A stretch of DNA of 64,000 bases from an uncultured Acidobacteriota bacterium. Its GTDB lineage: Bacteria; Acidobacteriota; Thermoanaerobaculia; UBA5066. Every line of letters starts with the position of its first letter. Position 1 is the stretch's first letter. The notes under the pieces are model-generated. The model was not told the origin of the DNA, did not search any database, and saw only the letters and a program-made list of their open reading frames with translations. Positions 63,560 to 64,000 of this stretch are shown one piece after another. The stretch lies in NCBI GenBank assembly GCA_963801475.1, contig CAWDEX010000003.1, positions 80,904 to 144,903 of the forward strand, in the 5' to 3' direction. A program made the translations under genes and the position numbers.

Positions 63560-64000
63560 TCAGTTCGGGAAGTGGAGGCCGAGGGCCTTGGCCAGGAAGA
63601 CGGCCATCTGGGCGCGGGTCACGTTGGATTCCGGTTCGAACGTCGTCGGCGTGACGCCCTGGGTGATCCCAGAGGCCTTCAGCGCCTCGATGTACTGGAA
63701 GGCCCAGTAGCTCGTCGGGACGTCGGTGAAGCTGGCCACGGCCGGGGCCGGCGAGACCTGAAGATGGTAGTAGATGCGGAACCCGGCTACTTTGAGCGCA
63801 CTGGAGTTGGTCGACCAGTCTACGAAGAGCCAGTAATTCGAAAGATTGTTGTCGATGACGAGCGTGGAGAAAGGGGTGACCGTGAAGAAGCCGTACCCCG
63901 GGACCGCGGCGGTGCCGGTCGTCCCGACGGGAGTGACGTTTGAGCCGGTGGCGGCTCCCGCATCGGCCCGTGCCAAGCCGAACTGAATTTGGCCGGTGGC
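63560..64000 (-). CDS. SLH-domain protein paralog (3' part; N-terminus beyond window end)
   Basis: Its C-terminal about 70 aa are nearly identical to those of the preceding SLH protein ('FTDVPTSYWAFQYIEALKASGITQGVTPTTFEPESNVTRAQMAVFLAKALGL'). The ORF is open to the window edge. Confidence 0.55.
   Translation of the reverse strand, partial: ATGQIQFGLARADAGAATGSNVTPVGTTGTAAVPGYGFFTVTPFSTLVIDNNLSNYWLFVDWSTNSSALKVAGFRIYYHLQVSPAPAVASFTDVPTSYWAFQYIEALKASGITQGVTPTTFEPESNVTRAQMAVFLAKALGLHFPN

Noticed and set aside
1-64000. CRISPR arrays, IS elements or transposases, integrases and phage genes.
   Set aside because: No short, regularly spaced direct repeats were seen. No transposase- or integrase-like motifs (DDE, tyrosine recombinase R..HxxR..Y) were recognised. 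The only DNA-level repeat noticed is the SLH-domain duplication at 62.4 and 63.6 kb.

Overview
This is a very GC-rich bacterial chromosomal segment, roughly 70% GC by eye, and it appears to come from a diderm organism. The evidence for a diderm is a SurA-like chaperone, an outer-membrane-type beta-barrel, lipoproteins and SLH-domain proteins. Almost the whole window is coding, with many 4-nt stop/start overlaps. Because of the GC content, every large gene carries long spurious antisense ORFs in the supplied six-frame track; these were discounted.

The window contains the following.

(1) An accessory locus at 1-13.4 kb. It has two GT4 glycosyltransferases, a GT2-like fragment, two class-I SAM methyltransferases and an amidohydrolase. 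Its centrepiece is a seven-gene, translationally coupled minus-strand operon at 4934-13391. The operon encodes four paralogous B12-binding radical SAM enzymes, one SPASM/twitch-type radical SAM enzyme, a SAM methyltransferase and an HPr-kinase-like P-loop kinase. It is transcribed divergently from a 1405-aa secreted protein made of about 14 tandem carboxypeptidase-regulatory-like (CarboxypepD_reg-like) domains. No substrate or precursor gene is recognisable. This is the most interesting candidate for an undescribed modification system.

(2) mfd, followed by two parvulin-type PPIases. One of them is an unusual fusion of a SurA-like chaperone to a C-terminal beta-barrel. Next to these is rnd.

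(3) A compact dcw cluster in the order mraZ-rsmH-ftsL-ftsI-murE-mraY-murD-ftsW-murG-murC-ftsQ-ftsA-ftsZ. It has a clear sigma70-like promoter and a four-repeat GTGG operator with 10-bp periodicity, which looks like a MraZ operator. The cluster lacks murF, murB and ddl.

(4) Housekeeping and membrane genes: a SemiSWEET, an Hsp70-like protein, a GT87-like protein, a HAMP-PP2C phosphatase, a Kef-type antiporter, an MscS-family channel, an Old Yellow Enzyme (OYE) family oxidoreductase, two apparently frameshifted membrane-protein genes, tRNA-Glu(CTC), tRNA-Arg(ACG), an orphan HpnH-like radical SAM gene next to an ABC-2 exporter, and two tandem SLH-domain paralogs at the window edge.

Coordinates derived by hand may be off by 1 nt relative to the ORF track.
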